From contig JAVZJD010000001.1 of NCBI GenBank assembly GCA_038870975.1, forward strand, positions 32,001 to 96,000: a DNA stretch of 64,000 nucleotides, given 5' to 3'. Made by a program: the position numbers and the translations under genes. Below, one piece after another: positions 19,124 to 29,374 of the stretch. The stretch comes from Candidatus Bathyarchaeia archaeon. GTDB lineage: Archaea; Thermoproteota; CALKCG01; B24. Each line of letters begins with the position of its first letter. Position 1 is the first letter of the stretch. The notes beneath the pieces are model-generated. The model was not told the DNA's origin and did not search any database. It saw only the letters and a list, made by a program, of their open reading frames with translations.

Positions 19124-21307
19124 TCACGTAACCGGAGTTGCTGGTCTAGTTAGTTTGATTTGCTGCTGGAAGATTGACCTATACCATTTATCTAAGTCTG
19201 GAGTTATTGAGGGCTTGATAACTTCCATAACCTTTCTGAAGTCCTCCATTTTAACTTTCCCACCGGTTTCGGGGTTTCTCCTGATAGCGTTCATAGCAGC
19301 TTCCCTACATATTGCTGCTATATCAGCACCAGTATAACCCTCTGTCATAGCAGCAAGTTTTTCAAGGCTTACATCATCGTCTAGAGGCATGTTCTTAGTA
19401 TGTATTTTTAAAATTTGAAGCCTAGTCTTTTCGTCCGGGGGAGGCACGTATATCAACCTGTCGAATCTACCAGGTCTTAAGATAGCCGGGTCAACCATGT
19501 CAGGCCGGTTAGTAGCAGCTAAGACTACTACGTTCTCAAGTGTTTCAATACCATCGAGTTCTGTTAAAAGTTGGCTTATAACGCGTTCAGTAACCCCTGA
19601 ATCTCCAAATCTAGCCCCTCTCGGAGGGACAAGAGAATCTATTTCGTCGAAGAATATTACGGCTGGAGCAGCCATCCTAGCCTTTCTAAAGATCTCTCTA
19701 ATGGCTCTCTCCGACTCTCCAACCCACTTGCTGAAAACCTCAGGTCCTTTTATACTGATGAAGTTTGCTTCACTTTCAGTGGCTACTGCTTTTGCCAGTA
19801 GTGTCTTACCACATCCTGGAGGACCGTAGAGTAGAACACCCTTAGGAGGCTTAATACCCATGTTTTCGAAAAGTTTAGGATTCTTTAAAGGCCATTCCAC
19901 GCTCTCCCTAAGCTGTTGTTTGACGTCTTCTAAGCCTCCTATTTCATCCCAGTGCACTGTCGGAACTTCAACTTCAACTTCCCTCATCGCTGTAGGAGTT
20001 ATCTCTCTGTATGCCTGCATGAAGTCACTCATGTTTACAACCATCTCCTCTAAAACCTCTGGTGGTATTGTAGGCTCTTCCAAGTTTATTTTTGGGAGAT
20101 ATCTTCGAAGGGCTTTCATAGCTGCTTCTCTACATAATGCTGCTATATCGGCACCAGTGTATCCATGTGTTATTTCAGCCAGTTTATTCAAATCCACGTC
20201 TTCAGCTAGAGGCATTCCTCTAGTGTGTATTTGGAGGATTTCATAGCGGCCGTTCTTATCTGGTATTCCGATTTCAATCTCTCTATCGAATCTACCTGGT
20301 CTTCTCAAAGCAGGGTCTAGTGCATTGACTCTATTCGTAGCACCTATGACTATGACATTTCCACGACTCTCTAAACCGTCCATCAACGCGAGTAGTTGCG
20401 CTACAACCCTACGTTCAACTTCACCTGTGACTTCTTCACGTTTGGGAGCTATAGCGTCGATTTCATCTATGAATATTATGCTAGGCGCATTCTCCTGAGC
20501 TTTTTGAAAGATCTCTCTAAGTCTAGCTTCAGATTCACCGTAAAATTTACTCATGATCTCAGGTCCATTTATACTGAAGAAGTTTGCTTCACTCTCATTT
20601 GCTACTGCTTTTGCCAGTAGTGTCTTACCACATCCTGGAGGACCGTAGAGTAGAACACCCTTAGGAGGCTCTATACCAAGTCTCTGGAAGAGCTCTGGAT
20701 GTCTAAGCGGTAGTTCAACCATCTCCCTAATCTTCTGTATGGCTTCCTTCAATCCACCTATATCTTCATACGTGACCCGTATGAGGCCAGTCTTCTCAGG
20801 AACTGGTTCAGATAGGACTTGAACGTTTGTCCTAGAAGTAATTATAACAATACCATGTGGAATCGTTTTAGTTACACGGAAGTGGACTGCACTTCCGAAT
20901 ATTGAAACTTGAATAGTGTCTCCTGCGACTAATGGCGCTTCGAGAATACGATTTTTAACGAACTCGTAGAAACTCTGGTCTACGCCAGGAATTGTCACAT
21001 TAACGGGTGCGAGGGTTACAGATTGAGCTTCTCTAACAACAGCCTTCCTAACAGATACATACTCATTTATGGAGACCCCTGCGTTCTTCCTGGTTATCCC
21101 ATCCATACGTATTATGTTTTTGCCAGCATCCTCTGGATATGCAGGCCATACAACGGCTGCGGTCGACCTCTTACCCTTAATCTCTACGATATCTCCAGGA
21201 GTCACTTCTAAATACTCCATTGTTTTCGCATCTATCCTAACCTTCCATCTTCCAACATCCCTCTGATGACTTACTTCTGCAACTCTAAGTTTAATCTCCT
21301 TAGCCAT
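19124..21307 (-). CDS. cdc48: CDC48/VAT AAA+ ATPase
   Basis: N-domain plus two AAA modules (GPPGCGKT x2, DEID x2, RPGRFDR x2); start at 21307 or 21334. Confidence 0.95.
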   Translation of the reverse strand: MAKEIKLRVAEVSHQRDVGRWKVRIDAKTMEYLEVTPGDIVEIKGKRSTAAVVWPAYPEDAGKNIIRMDGITRKNAGVSINEYVSVRKAVVREAQSVTLAPVNVTIPGVDQSFYEFVKNRILEAPLVAGDTIQVSIFGSAVHFRVTKTIPHGIVIITSRTNVQVLSEPVPEKTGLIRVTYEDIGGLKEAIQKIREMVELPLRHPELFQRLGIEPPKGVLLYGPPGCGKTLLAKAVANESEANFFSINGPEIMSKFYGESEARLREIFQKAQENAPSIIFIDEIDAIAPKREEVTGEVERRVVAQLLALMDGLESRGNVIVIGATNRVNALDPALRRPGRFDREIEIGIPDKNGRYEILQIHTRGMPLAEDVDLNKLAEITHGYTGADIAALCREAAMKALRRYLPKINLEEPTIPPEVLEEMVVNMSDFMQAYREITPTAMREVEVEVPTVHWDEIGGLEDVKQQLRESVEWPLKNPKLFENMGIKPPKGVLLYGPPGCGKTLLAKAVATESEANFISIKGPEVFSKWVGESERAIREIFRKARMAAPAVIFFDEIDSLVPPRGARFGDSGVTERVISQLLTELDGIETLENVVVLAATNRPDMVDPAILRPGRFDRLIYVPPPDEKTRLQILKIHTKNMPLDDDVSLEKLAAMTEGYTGADIAAICREAAMNAIRRNPETGGKVKMEDFRKVMEVIKPSITPDLDKWYRSIFQQQIKLTRPATPVT
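19782..20670. repeat. Identical 70-bp direct repeat inside cdc48 (19782-19851 and 20601-20670)
   Basis: gctactgcttttgccagtagtgtcttaccacatcctggaggaccgtagagtagaacacccttaggaggct is present twice, covering both Walker A regions. Confidence 0.9.
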
Positions 21308-21552
21308 AATCTCACTCTTTTTAGGGTTTTCCAAAGCAAAAAGTGCTTTCGAATTATTTAACTCTATCGGAGAGTCCTACATCTAAGACTAGCTGCTAAG
21401 GCTAAGTTGAATCTTCTATAGAATTACGATTGCGTAAAAGCTCTACTATCAATCACCATTTAAGCGTCAAGTACGTTTAAATCTTATGCGGTAGACCATG
21501 TTTACTTTAAAAGTTTTGTGGCTTAAAAGTATATATGGTGTATGCGAAGTGA

Positions 21553-22056
21553 ATGTATAATGTGAAGTCTAAAGTCTTAGTATTGCTCGTTCTTTTGGTC
21601 GCAGGTTTTCCAGTTGGTCTCTACGGTTATGGCTATGTGAAGACAGCTGAAGTCTTGAATAAGTCGCTAGAAACCATGGATGTGACGAGTTTTAAAGTCT
21701 TAGATGTATCACTACTTCCTCCAACGGCAGAGGTTGAAGTGATGCTAACTATTGAAAACCCTACGGATACATCCATCACTCTCAAATCAGTCTACTTTGA
21801 AGTATTTTTAGAAGATGTTAAGCTTGGAGAAGTAGTAACCGTTGGCAAACCTCTCCCGTCCAAAGGCGTTGCAACATTGGAAGGCGTGATGCGTATAAGA
21901 GCAAGTGTAATTCTAACGGCGATTAGAGACTACATGGAGCGTGGAAGTATAACTCTGAGGATTACTGGAAGCGTGACAGCATCTGCGACTTATCTATTCG
22001 TAACCGTAAGTCGTGACGCCTCAGTAAACTTGACGCGCGAATATAAACGTTATTGA
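21553..22056 (+). CDS. LEA type 2/WHy-like membrane-anchored protein
   Basis: N-terminal TM; LTIENPT..ITL...FEVFL..VKLG pattern. Confidence 0.65.
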   Translation: MYNVKSKVLVLLVLLVAGFPVGLYGYGYVKTAEVLNKSLETMDVTSFKVLDVSLLPPTAEVEVMLTIENPTDTSITLKSVYFEVFLEDVKLGEVVTVGKPLPSKGVATLEGVMRIRASVILTAIRDYMERGSITLRITGSVTASATYLFVTVSRDASVNLTREYKRY

Positions 22057-22299
22057 AATGATTCTAAACTAAAGGCACAACCTCCACTTCTCACCTTGAG
22101 AATCGACCATTTTACTTAGGAAGGATGCCACACGGCCTTAGAATACAGCTTTAAGTGTTTGTCTTAAGTTTCTGAAGGTGTTTTCTCGGGTCTATATTAT
22201 ACCTCCTTAGGTTGAGTTTATCCACTACAGTTTACTCTGACAAGTTTATAAGTTGATGACGTGTTATTCGGTTTGATGTCTTAGGAGTGTGTTGAACCT

Positions 22300-22551
22300 A
22301 TGTCTGAAGATAAAATCCCTACATCCGAGAAGTTGAAGGTTTTAGATAGTATTACAATCTATAAGACGGCTAAATGGTGGTCCGCAGTGGTCTTAGTTGA
22401 ATCCTTCGGTAGAAGGCAAATAGCGATGTATGTCTGGTTAAATAGGAACGGCAGGTGGAGGCGTAACCAAAAGTTTACAATTCACAGTAAGGCGGAGTGG
22501 AGTCAGGTTAGAGAAGCCATTGAAAAATTCATTCCTCAATTAGTTATGTAA
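22300..22551 (+). CDS. Small basic, Trp-rich hypothetical protein
   Basis: 83 aa, GGAG SD, upstream TTTATAA box. Confidence 0.7.
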   Translation: MSEDKIPTSEKLKVLDSITIYKTAKWWSAVVLVESFGRRQIAMYVWLNRNGRWRRNQKFTIHSKAEWSQVREAIEKFIPQLVM

Positions 22552-22581
22552 ACTTCTAGCTTCATAGTCATAACCTGTAGA

Positions 22582-22612
22582 AGGGGTTTTGAGGATTTTT
22601 CCTCGAATCCCT
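22582..22612. terminator. Hairpin between convergent genes
   Basis: aggggttttgagga-ttt-tcctcgaatccct imperfect inverted repeat. Confidence 0.3.
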
Positions 22613-22635
22613 GAAGGTGCATCAGAATGGGGGTA

Positions 22636-23352
22636 TTAGCTTAAAAGTTTGGCTACGAATAACACTATGAAGCTACTCAGTGGGACTGTTATGTTGTCGT
22701 CTATTACGTATTCACCGATTTTCTCGAAGTGTTCTATTAGGCTTGCTATTGAGGCTGCCACTAGTCCTGATATTGGGCTACTTATGTTGCTACTTAGGAA
22801 GTAGCCTATTGGAGCACATATTAGAAACATTGCTAGGTTTCCACTCCAATGCTTCGTCCTCTTCTTAAAGAGGAAGTTTCGAACTATTCCTGTTACTCCG
22901 TCACCCCAGCTCATGAAGAGTAGCGGTATTGCTGGTAGCCAGAAGCTTCCACCTGCTAAAACCCAGCCTATACCTATCATTAAAGCCCACATTAAGCTGA
23001 AGTTTACCTCGTATATGTTGCTCGGGTCTTGAAACCAGTACATGAGTTTTCCTGTTTTATGGGGTATGTAGCATAACAGGGCTAGTACTAGTCCTAGGGT
23101 TGATGGGATGATGGGTGTTTTGAAGATGTTAAACATCGGTATTAGGAGCGCTACGAGCCCTCCGGCTAGTATATGTATGATCTTCCTGGCGAAGTATACT
23201 CCGACGTAGTGGGCTTTTTCGTCGATGCCTAATTTTGATTCTGCTTTCCTCTTCACCATTTCATAGGATTTCTTAGATATTACTAGGACTACTGTTAAAA
23301 CCCATGCGAATAGAATTGAAGCGTATAAAATTTCATCTAGCATTTTCCCCAT
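22636..23352 (-). CDS. Dolichol/phytol kinase family membrane protein
   Basis: RKIIH, WGDG, KHWSG, DDNITVP motifs. Confidence 0.85.
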   Translation of the reverse strand: MGKMLDEILYASILFAWVLTVVLVISKKSYEMVKRKAESKLGIDEKAHYVGVYFARKIIHILAGGLVALLIPMFNIFKTPIIPSTLGLVLALLCYIPHKTGKLMYWFQDPSNIYEVNFSLMWALMIGIGWVLAGGSFWLPAIPLLFMSWGDGVTGIVRNFLFKKRTKHWSGNLAMFLICAPIGYFLSSNISSPISGLVAASIASLIEHFEKIGEYVIDDNITVPLSSFIVLFVAKLLS

Positions 23353-23452
23353 CTCTATCTATAGTTTGAACATATTAAAAATTTCTATGGTTGTTTGCCT
23401 GTTTAAAGCGAAATTGTTAAATCTGAGGATATTTACCATTTTCACGGGTTTG

Positions 23453-23848
23453 ATGAGCAACGATGTTTTGGATCGTATAGCTGTGAGGAATCCAGATTTA
23501 GAGTGGAGTATTGAGCCCACTGGTGAAACTGCTGTAACAGTTAAACGGAGGGGTTTCTTTGGAACTAAGGCTAAGAAGTATGTTTTCGATGAAATTGGCT
23601 CCTACGTTTTAAGGCTTATGGACGGGAGGAGGACACTTAGAGAAATCGCTCAAATACTCGCTTCTGAGAAGAATATGGACATTAGACAGGCTGAGGCCAG
23701 CTTGGTAAGTTACGTTAACCAGCTTCAGAGTAGGGGTGTGATAAAACTTCTACCAGCAGGTGGAAACGTTAAAATATGTCGAAGTTGCGGGAGGGAAATA
23801 CCTTTAGAGGCCATCTACTGTCCATACTGCGGTATCAAACAGTTTTAA
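23453..23848 (+). CDS. PqqD-like (RRE) domain protein with C-terminal zinc ribbon
   Basis: FDEIGSYVLRLMDGRRTLREI...LQSRGVI followed by CRSC...CPYC; start adjusted to MSND. Confidence 0.75.
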   Translation: MSNDVLDRIAVRNPDLEWSIEPTGETAVTVKRRGFFGTKAKKYVFDEIGSYVLRLMDGRRTLREIAQILASEKNMDIRQAEASLVSYVNQLQSRGVIKLLPAGGNVKICRSCGREIPLEAIYCPYCGIKQF

Positions 23849-23893
23849 ACAGTTATTAGCCTGTTAATCGGTTTTCATAGTAGAGGCGTATCT

Positions 23894-25504
23894 ATGCCCA
23901 GGCTAGATTGGAGAGAGTACCTTTCTATGCTTGAGAAAAGCCCTTCTTCGCTGAGCAGAACCATTAACAGCTTAATGCCGCGAGACCCACTTAGAATACC
24001 GAGGAGTATTCAAATTTTCAAATTGAACTATTCTCTCTGGAACTTCCAAGAGGAGGTTTTAAACCGTATAGCAGGTTCGACTCTAATACTTGGACTTCCC
24101 ACTGGCCTAGGTAAGACCTATATTGCCGGTGCTTATCTTATGAGAGAGTCTCAAGTTAAACCAATTAGAGTGCTTTTTCTAGTACCTTCAATACCTTTAG
24201 GTGTCCAACAGACTCTTTTCGCGAGAAGTATGCTCGAGGTTAAACACGCATACTTCATATCTGGAGCCATGCCCCCTGAGAAAAGGCTCAAACTTGGTGT
24301 TTGGAATTGGGAGTTCATAGTTTGTACACCTCAAACCGTTTACAACGACCTGCTTACACCGTTTCAAGATTATTTTAATGAGGCTAGGAAGACTAGCGAC
24401 CCAGTGAATTTTCTTAGAGGTGTGTTTCAAAAGCCTCCCCTATCTTTTGATGTGGTCGTTGCAGACGAATGTCAGAATTACATAGGTGAAACCGATGGCT
24501 ACAGCATACTCCTTGCGGCTAAAGCCTGCAACCTTAAAATATTGGCTTTAAGTGCTACGCCCCATTTACACTCGACTAAGAGGCTTGAAGAGCTTAAGAG
24601 GATTTTCGAAAAGATTGAAGTAGTTTCCGTTGAAGAGGATGCCGTAAAAGCCATTATACCTAGAAGGGCTTTAAAAATCATTAGAGTGGATTCTCCTCCA
24701 TCTCTTCTCGAACTTTACAAAGCATTGGGTTCTATTGTTGACTCTTATAGGAGTAGGATTTTGGAAATCTACGGTGAGAATCACCTTAACGAAGTTTGCA
24801 GGAGGCATGGGATATGTTTGAATATGCGTATTCTTGAGAATCTCAGGAAGCGTGTCGTAGAAGATGGAGCTAGTAGTGTTTTGGGCTATAGGGCTTGGAG
24901 GAATACCGACCTGCAGAAGCCTCTTAAGGAGTTTAAGGAGGCTTCTACTGTTGAGCTTTTCAGGAGGGCTTTAATGGAGTGTAGAAATCATAAGCATGAT
25001 GCTGTTTTAACGCTTCTTGAAACCGTAGATTACAGTAAGGCTATAGTATTCACGGAGTCTATAAGGGCTGCTAAACAGCTTGGTTTGAAACTCATCGAAA
25101 AAATGGGTTTTGAAAACGTCTCCATACTTGTCGGTAAGGAGGATATGAGCCCCGAGCATCAAGCTTCAGCTCTACTACATTTCAGTAAAACTGCTAGAGT
25201 GCTTGTAGCTACTTCTGTTGCCGAAGAGGGGCTTGATATTCCATCGGCTGATGTTGAGATTTGGGTTGACCCTCCTAGTAATCCTAAGAAGTGGATTCAA
25301 AGATTTGGTAGAGTACTTAGACAGCCTAAAGGTAAGAAGGAGGCGCGCGTCTATGCTCTAGTTACTAAGGGTACTCATGAAGAGGCTAAGCTACGTAGAG
25401 TCCTTAGAATTTCTGAGAGAGTTTACGGTTTTACCCAGAGAGTTTCAGTTGAAACCCTTAAACTTAGGTCGAATTTTCAAAAGAGTTTAAAAGGATTTAC
25501 GTAA
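23894..25504 (+). CDS. Superfamily 2 helicase, Hef/FANCM/Mph1-like, without nuclease domain
   Basis: PTGLGKT, TPQ, DECQ, SAT, TSVAEEGLD, QRFGRVLR. Confidence 0.85.
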   Translation: MPRLDWREYLSMLEKSPSSLSRTINSLMPRDPLRIPRSIQIFKLNYSLWNFQEEVLNRIAGSTLILGLPTGLGKTYIAGAYLMRESQVKPIRVLFLVPSIPLGVQQTLFARSMLEVKHAYFISGAMPPEKRLKLGVWNWEFIVCTPQTVYNDLLTPFQDYFNEARKTSDPVNFLRGVFQKPPLSFDVVVADECQNYIGETDGYSILLAAKACNLKILALSATPHLHSTKRLEELKRIFEKIEVVSVEEDAVKAIIPRRALKIIRVDSPPSLLELYKALGSIVDSYRSRILEIYGENHLNEVCRRHGICLNMRILENLRKRVVEDGASSVLGYRAWRNTDLQKPLKEFKEASTVELFRRALMECRNHKHDAVLTLLETVDYSKAIVFTESIRAAKQLGLKLIEKMGFENVSILVGKEDMSPEHQASALLHFSKTARVLVATSVAEEGLDIPSADVEIWVDPPSNPKKWIQRFGRVLRQPKGKKEARVYALVTKGTHEEAKLRRVLRISERVYGFTQRVSVETLKLRSNFQKSLKGFT

Positions 25505-25529
25505 TGAATGTTCTTTTAGATGTAATTCA

Positions 25530-26429
25530 ATGTCTATGGACGAGTTTCTCACAGGCGTCTTCAGAAGATTGGAGCCTGAGGATTTTAGAGTTTTAACAGC
25601 TGTTGAACTCGGCATGGTCAGCCACGCTTACACGCCTATTGAAGACATTATAAAGTACTCTTCCCTTCCTAGGGAGGAGGTTTTATACAGGGTTAAGAGG
25701 CTTAACGGATTTAGGCTGATAAGGGGGATCGTCAGCCCGTTTAAAGGTTACGTGTTGAACTACTACGGTTACGATTTCCTAGCTTTAAATGCGCTGGTTA
25801 AAGCTGGGAAGCTTGAGGCTTTAGGTAAGCCAGTTGGAATCGGTAAGGAGGCTGATGTTTTCGAAGGTTTAACACCTAATGGTGAGAGAGTAATAGTTAA
25901 ATTTCACAGAGTTGGTAGAGTGAGTTTTAGACAGACAAGGAGGGTTAGACGCTACATAGCAGATAGAAGACACATATCTTGGCTCTATCAAAGCCGTAAG
26001 GCAGCTGAAAAGGAGTATGAAGCTCTCGAAACGCTCAACTGTATAAACGCTAAAGCCCCTAAGCCTATCGCTCAGAATAGGCATGCAGTCGTTATGGGTT
26101 TTTTCCACGGCGTTGAACTTGTAAACGTTAAATTCATCGATGAGCCTCTACCACTCTTTAAAGACATCGTTGAAGAGGTTAAACGCATATACTTTGAAGC
26201 CGGTTTAATACATGGGGATTTGAGCGAGTACAATATCATCGTCAAAGAAGATGGAGACTTCATGCTCATAGATTGGCCTCAATTCATTAGAAAAAGCGAC
26301 CCAGAGTCTGAACGCTACTTAGAGAGAGACGTAGAGAAAATAGTCGGCTTTTTCAATAAACGCTTCAACCTTAAGTTAAATGCAAACCGTGTTTTAAAAT
26401 TCATTCTCGGTTTGACTAATAGCTTTTAA
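25530..26429 (+). CDS. rio2: RIO2 serine/threonine kinase
   Basis: N-terminal wHTH, GKEADV, HGDLSEYN, IDWPQ. Confidence 0.92.
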   Translation: MSMDEFLTGVFRRLEPEDFRVLTAVELGMVSHAYTPIEDIIKYSSLPREEVLYRVKRLNGFRLIRGIVSPFKGYVLNYYGYDFLALNALVKAGKLEALGKPVGIGKEADVFEGLTPNGERVIVKFHRVGRVSFRQTRRVRRYIADRRHISWLYQSRKAAEKEYEALETLNCINAKAPKPIAQNRHAVVMGFFHGVELVNVKFIDEPLPLFKDIVEEVKRIYFEAGLIHGDLSEYNIIVKEDGDFMLIDWPQFIRKSDPESERYLERDVEKIVGFFNKRFNLKLNANRVLKFILGLTNSF

Positions 26430-26713
26430 CATTTACACTTCAAAACCATTCAATATGCAACTGCTATAGATTAACATCTTTTACATTAAATCTCTGTAGA
26501 TCATAATCTCAGATTGCATAGAGCTTTACAAGACCCAAGAATTCTCACTTATTCACCATCCTCTCATCGCGTTCTCCAATAAACCAAGTATTAATCAATT
26601 GTTTGACCAAGTCTTGACCGGCTCAAACATACTGTTTGAGCTTTACTGGCTTATGCACGAGTGGTTAAAATTTTAAAAGAAGTGGAGACTGCTGAATTTT
26701 CAGCCGCCTCTTT

Positions 26714-27283
26714 TCACGGGGAAATTACCGTCGTTTTGAATTGTGGGTTAAGGTTGGCTGGTTTGCCTGAGGCGGCATTTTCAGCTATTTGGATTTTATC
26801 TACATCTATGTCTATTATGAGTTTTGTAGTTTCGCCTCGTTTAACTTCAAAATGGACTTGTATGTCTATATGTTCAGGTGGGACGTTTAAAAGTATCACA
26901 GTTCCATCATCTAGCGTGGCATTAGCCTCAACTATATGCATTCTAATTTTAGAGTAATTTCCAGGTTCAAGTTCTCCAATAGCTAGAGAAGAGGTAACGT
27001 TTTGAAGCTTTAAAAGGTCGAAAGATGAATTGCATATTTCAAGCTTTATCCAGCCTCCAGCCTCTTTCTGAACTTCAACGTCGTCTATGGATATATTTAA
27101 ATGTGCGAGACTATGGATTGGTGCATCTGTAACCTCCACTATAAGAGTCCCAGTCTTTGGCGGAAATATTAGTCGCTTCAAAGTTGGAAACATGTAAACC
27201 ACCACAACGGTGAAAACCACTACGACCAGTAGTATGGAAGCCATGGTGATAGGCGATACTCCTCTAGCCGCCAAATTCAACAC
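26714..27283 (-). CDS. DUF4382-like secreted protein
   Basis: GTLIVEVTDAP, FDLLKL, PGNYSKIR, IIDID, NLNP; N-terminal RGVSPI followed by a hydrophobic stretch. Confidence 0.75.
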   Translation of the reverse strand: MLNLAARGVSPITMASILLVVVVFTVVVVYMFPTLKRLIFPPKTGTLIVEVTDAPIHSLAHLNISIDDVEVQKEAGGWIKLEICNSSFDLLKLQNVTSSLAIGELEPGNYSKIRMHIVEANATLDDGTVILLNVPPEHIDIQVHFEVKRGETTKLIIDIDVDKIQIAENAASGKPANLNPQFKTTVISP

Positions 27284-27658
27284 CTCTACAAGTTTAGTAG
27301 GGGCTTCAGGCTTATATAGAATGCTAACGGGAAGACTGTTTCAAATTTTGAACTAAATATCTTCTTGAGTTTTCACACGTGTATTTCTTATGAGCCAAAA
27401 AATATTGGTATGCTATGGTTTTCATCTGCATGAAGTTGAACCTCTTACATATCTTTGTTAGAAAACTACATTTACTGAAAACTGTGTTAGCGTTCAAGTG
27501 GATGCACAACTATAAATGACCAGCACGCGGTTTTAAATGGCTTAAACCTCATTTTTGGAGATTGAAATTTTAACTCCAAATCTAAGCCGTAATTCTCTTC
27601 AGCCTTACTTCAATACCTGAAAACTTATCGAAAAAGAAAGAGAGATATACGTATGTCT

Positions 27659-27949
27659 CTACGCTTTAGTTTTCATAAGCATTTCTATAGCTTTTGAACT
27701 ATCAATCAAAGGTACAAACTTGATTTTGAACTCAGGTGTTACGGCAAGTATATAGCTGATTAGTTGCTCCTCATTGTCAGCCTCTAAGATGCTGATGCCT
27801 TTAAACAGCTCACCTATTCCATATGGTGGAAGAATGTATCTAGGATACTTCCCTGGGTTCTTCTTCATTTCTTCAAGCAACTTAAGGAATTTTGGAATTC
27901 CCTTATCCATATCCTCTGGACAGATCTCCCAAAATTTTACAAACTTCAC
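27659..27949 (-). CDS. DUF3303-like small protein
   Basis: MKFVKFWE...KGISILEADNEEQL...FVPL; GGAGG SD. Confidence 0.6.
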   Translation of the reverse strand: MKFVKFWEICPEDMDKGIPKFLKLLEEMKKNPGKYPRYILPPYGIGELFKGISILEADNEEQLISYILAVTPEFKIKFVPLIDSSKAIEMLMKTKA

Positions 27950-28279
27950 ATTTTCGCCTCCTTTAATTTACTGTCCCCAACATCGGAGTAGGGCTTCACT
28001 AGCAAGTAAAGAGAACTACCTTACGCTCGCCTCACAAAACTAGTGAAACTTGATGTATTATAATTCCCCCTCTAATAAGTATTGCTGTAGAGCGAACAAC
28101 AATGACCTCTGTATTCTTATCAGCTTTACATGAACGAAAAAATAATGATTAGTTATTCATGGTTTCTATTTGTCTTCCCTTTTTAGAGGGGATATATGGG
28201 AGAAAGGGCTTGGGGTTAAATTTTTACTTTCCTGCTTAGAACTATTCAGGGGTGTAATTTGGGAATTGGGGGGTTATAG

Positions 28280-29293
28280 ATGACTGTAAGGGTATTGATG
28301 GTTGGATATGCGCATGGACATGCATTAGGCTATACTGAACATCTTTTAAAGAGGAAACTGGAAACTGGAGATGTTGAAGTATTAGGTGTTTATGATGATA
28401 ATGAGGAGAGAGGCAAACACTACGCAAATAGATATCGTCTGAAGTTCTTCGGGAGTATTGAGGAGGCCGTTAGAAAAAGACCAGATGTTTTCGTAATAAA
28501 TACGGAGACTGTGAAACACTTGACGTATGTTAAATTAGCTGCTGAGAACGATATACATTTATTCTGTGAGAAGCCAATAGGTGTAAACCTCAAAGATGCA
28601 TTAAACATAAGAAGTATAGTAAAGAGTAGCAGGGTGAAATTCACAACAGGTTTTAACGCGAGGTTTAGCCCTGAAAATACCAAGGCGAGGGAGATAGTAT
28701 CCAACGGTGAACTCGGTAGAATAAGTATGATTAGAGTTAGAGTTGCCCACTCCGCATCCATAGACCATTGGTTTAAAGGATGGAGCGAGTGGTTTGCTAT
28801 TAAGGAATTGGCTGGAGGTGGAGGCTTCCTCGACCTGTGTATTCACGGAGCCGATTTGCTCAGGTATATCCTCGGGGATGAGCCGCTGGAGGTTACGGGT
28901 TTTGTAGGTAATTTCACCTCGACCTATGAAGTAGACGACCAGGGTGTTGGAATTGCGAGGTTTTCTAGGGGAGCTTTAGGTATACTTGATGGTGGTTGGA
29001 CACAGGTAGTTGAAGGCATCTCCTGGTCTCCGCTAGAGATATATGGAGATAGAGGTTCGTTGATGAACACGCCTGTTGGATTAATCTACTACACTAGGGG
29101 TTTAAAGGGTTGGATTAAACCGAACCTTGAGAGAATAAGCAGAAATTCTCTTGATGAATTGATAGATGCTGTAAAAAGCGGAGGTGAAACCTCTATAACT
29201 GTTGATGACGCTGTTAAAGCACAGGAATTAATTGAAGCTATCTATAAAAGCAGTAACGAAAGAACAACTGTAAAGCTACCGCTGATGGAATAA
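28280..29293 (+). CDS. Gfo/Idh/MocA family oxidoreductase
   Basis: CEKP, GFNARF, GGGFLDLCIH. Confidence 0.9.
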   Translation: MTVRVLMVGYAHGHALGYTEHLLKRKLETGDVEVLGVYDDNEERGKHYANRYRLKFFGSIEEAVRKRPDVFVINTETVKHLTYVKLAAENDIHLFCEKPIGVNLKDALNIRSIVKSSRVKFTTGFNARFSPENTKAREIVSNGELGRISMIRVRVAHSASIDHWFKGWSEWFAIKELAGGGGFLDLCIHGADLLRYILGDEPLEVTGFVGNFTSTYEVDDQGVGIARFSRGALGILDGGWTQVVEGISWSPLEIYGDRGSLMNTPVGLIYYTRGLKGWIKPNLERISRNSLDELIDAVKSGGETSITVDDAVKAQELIEAIYKSSNERTTVKLPLME

Positions 29294-29374
29294 TCTACGC
29301 TGAAGAGACAACACGGCGTAACTTTTCGCAATTAGTGGTAAAAGTTATATTCCATCTACATTTTACTTTCCTCC

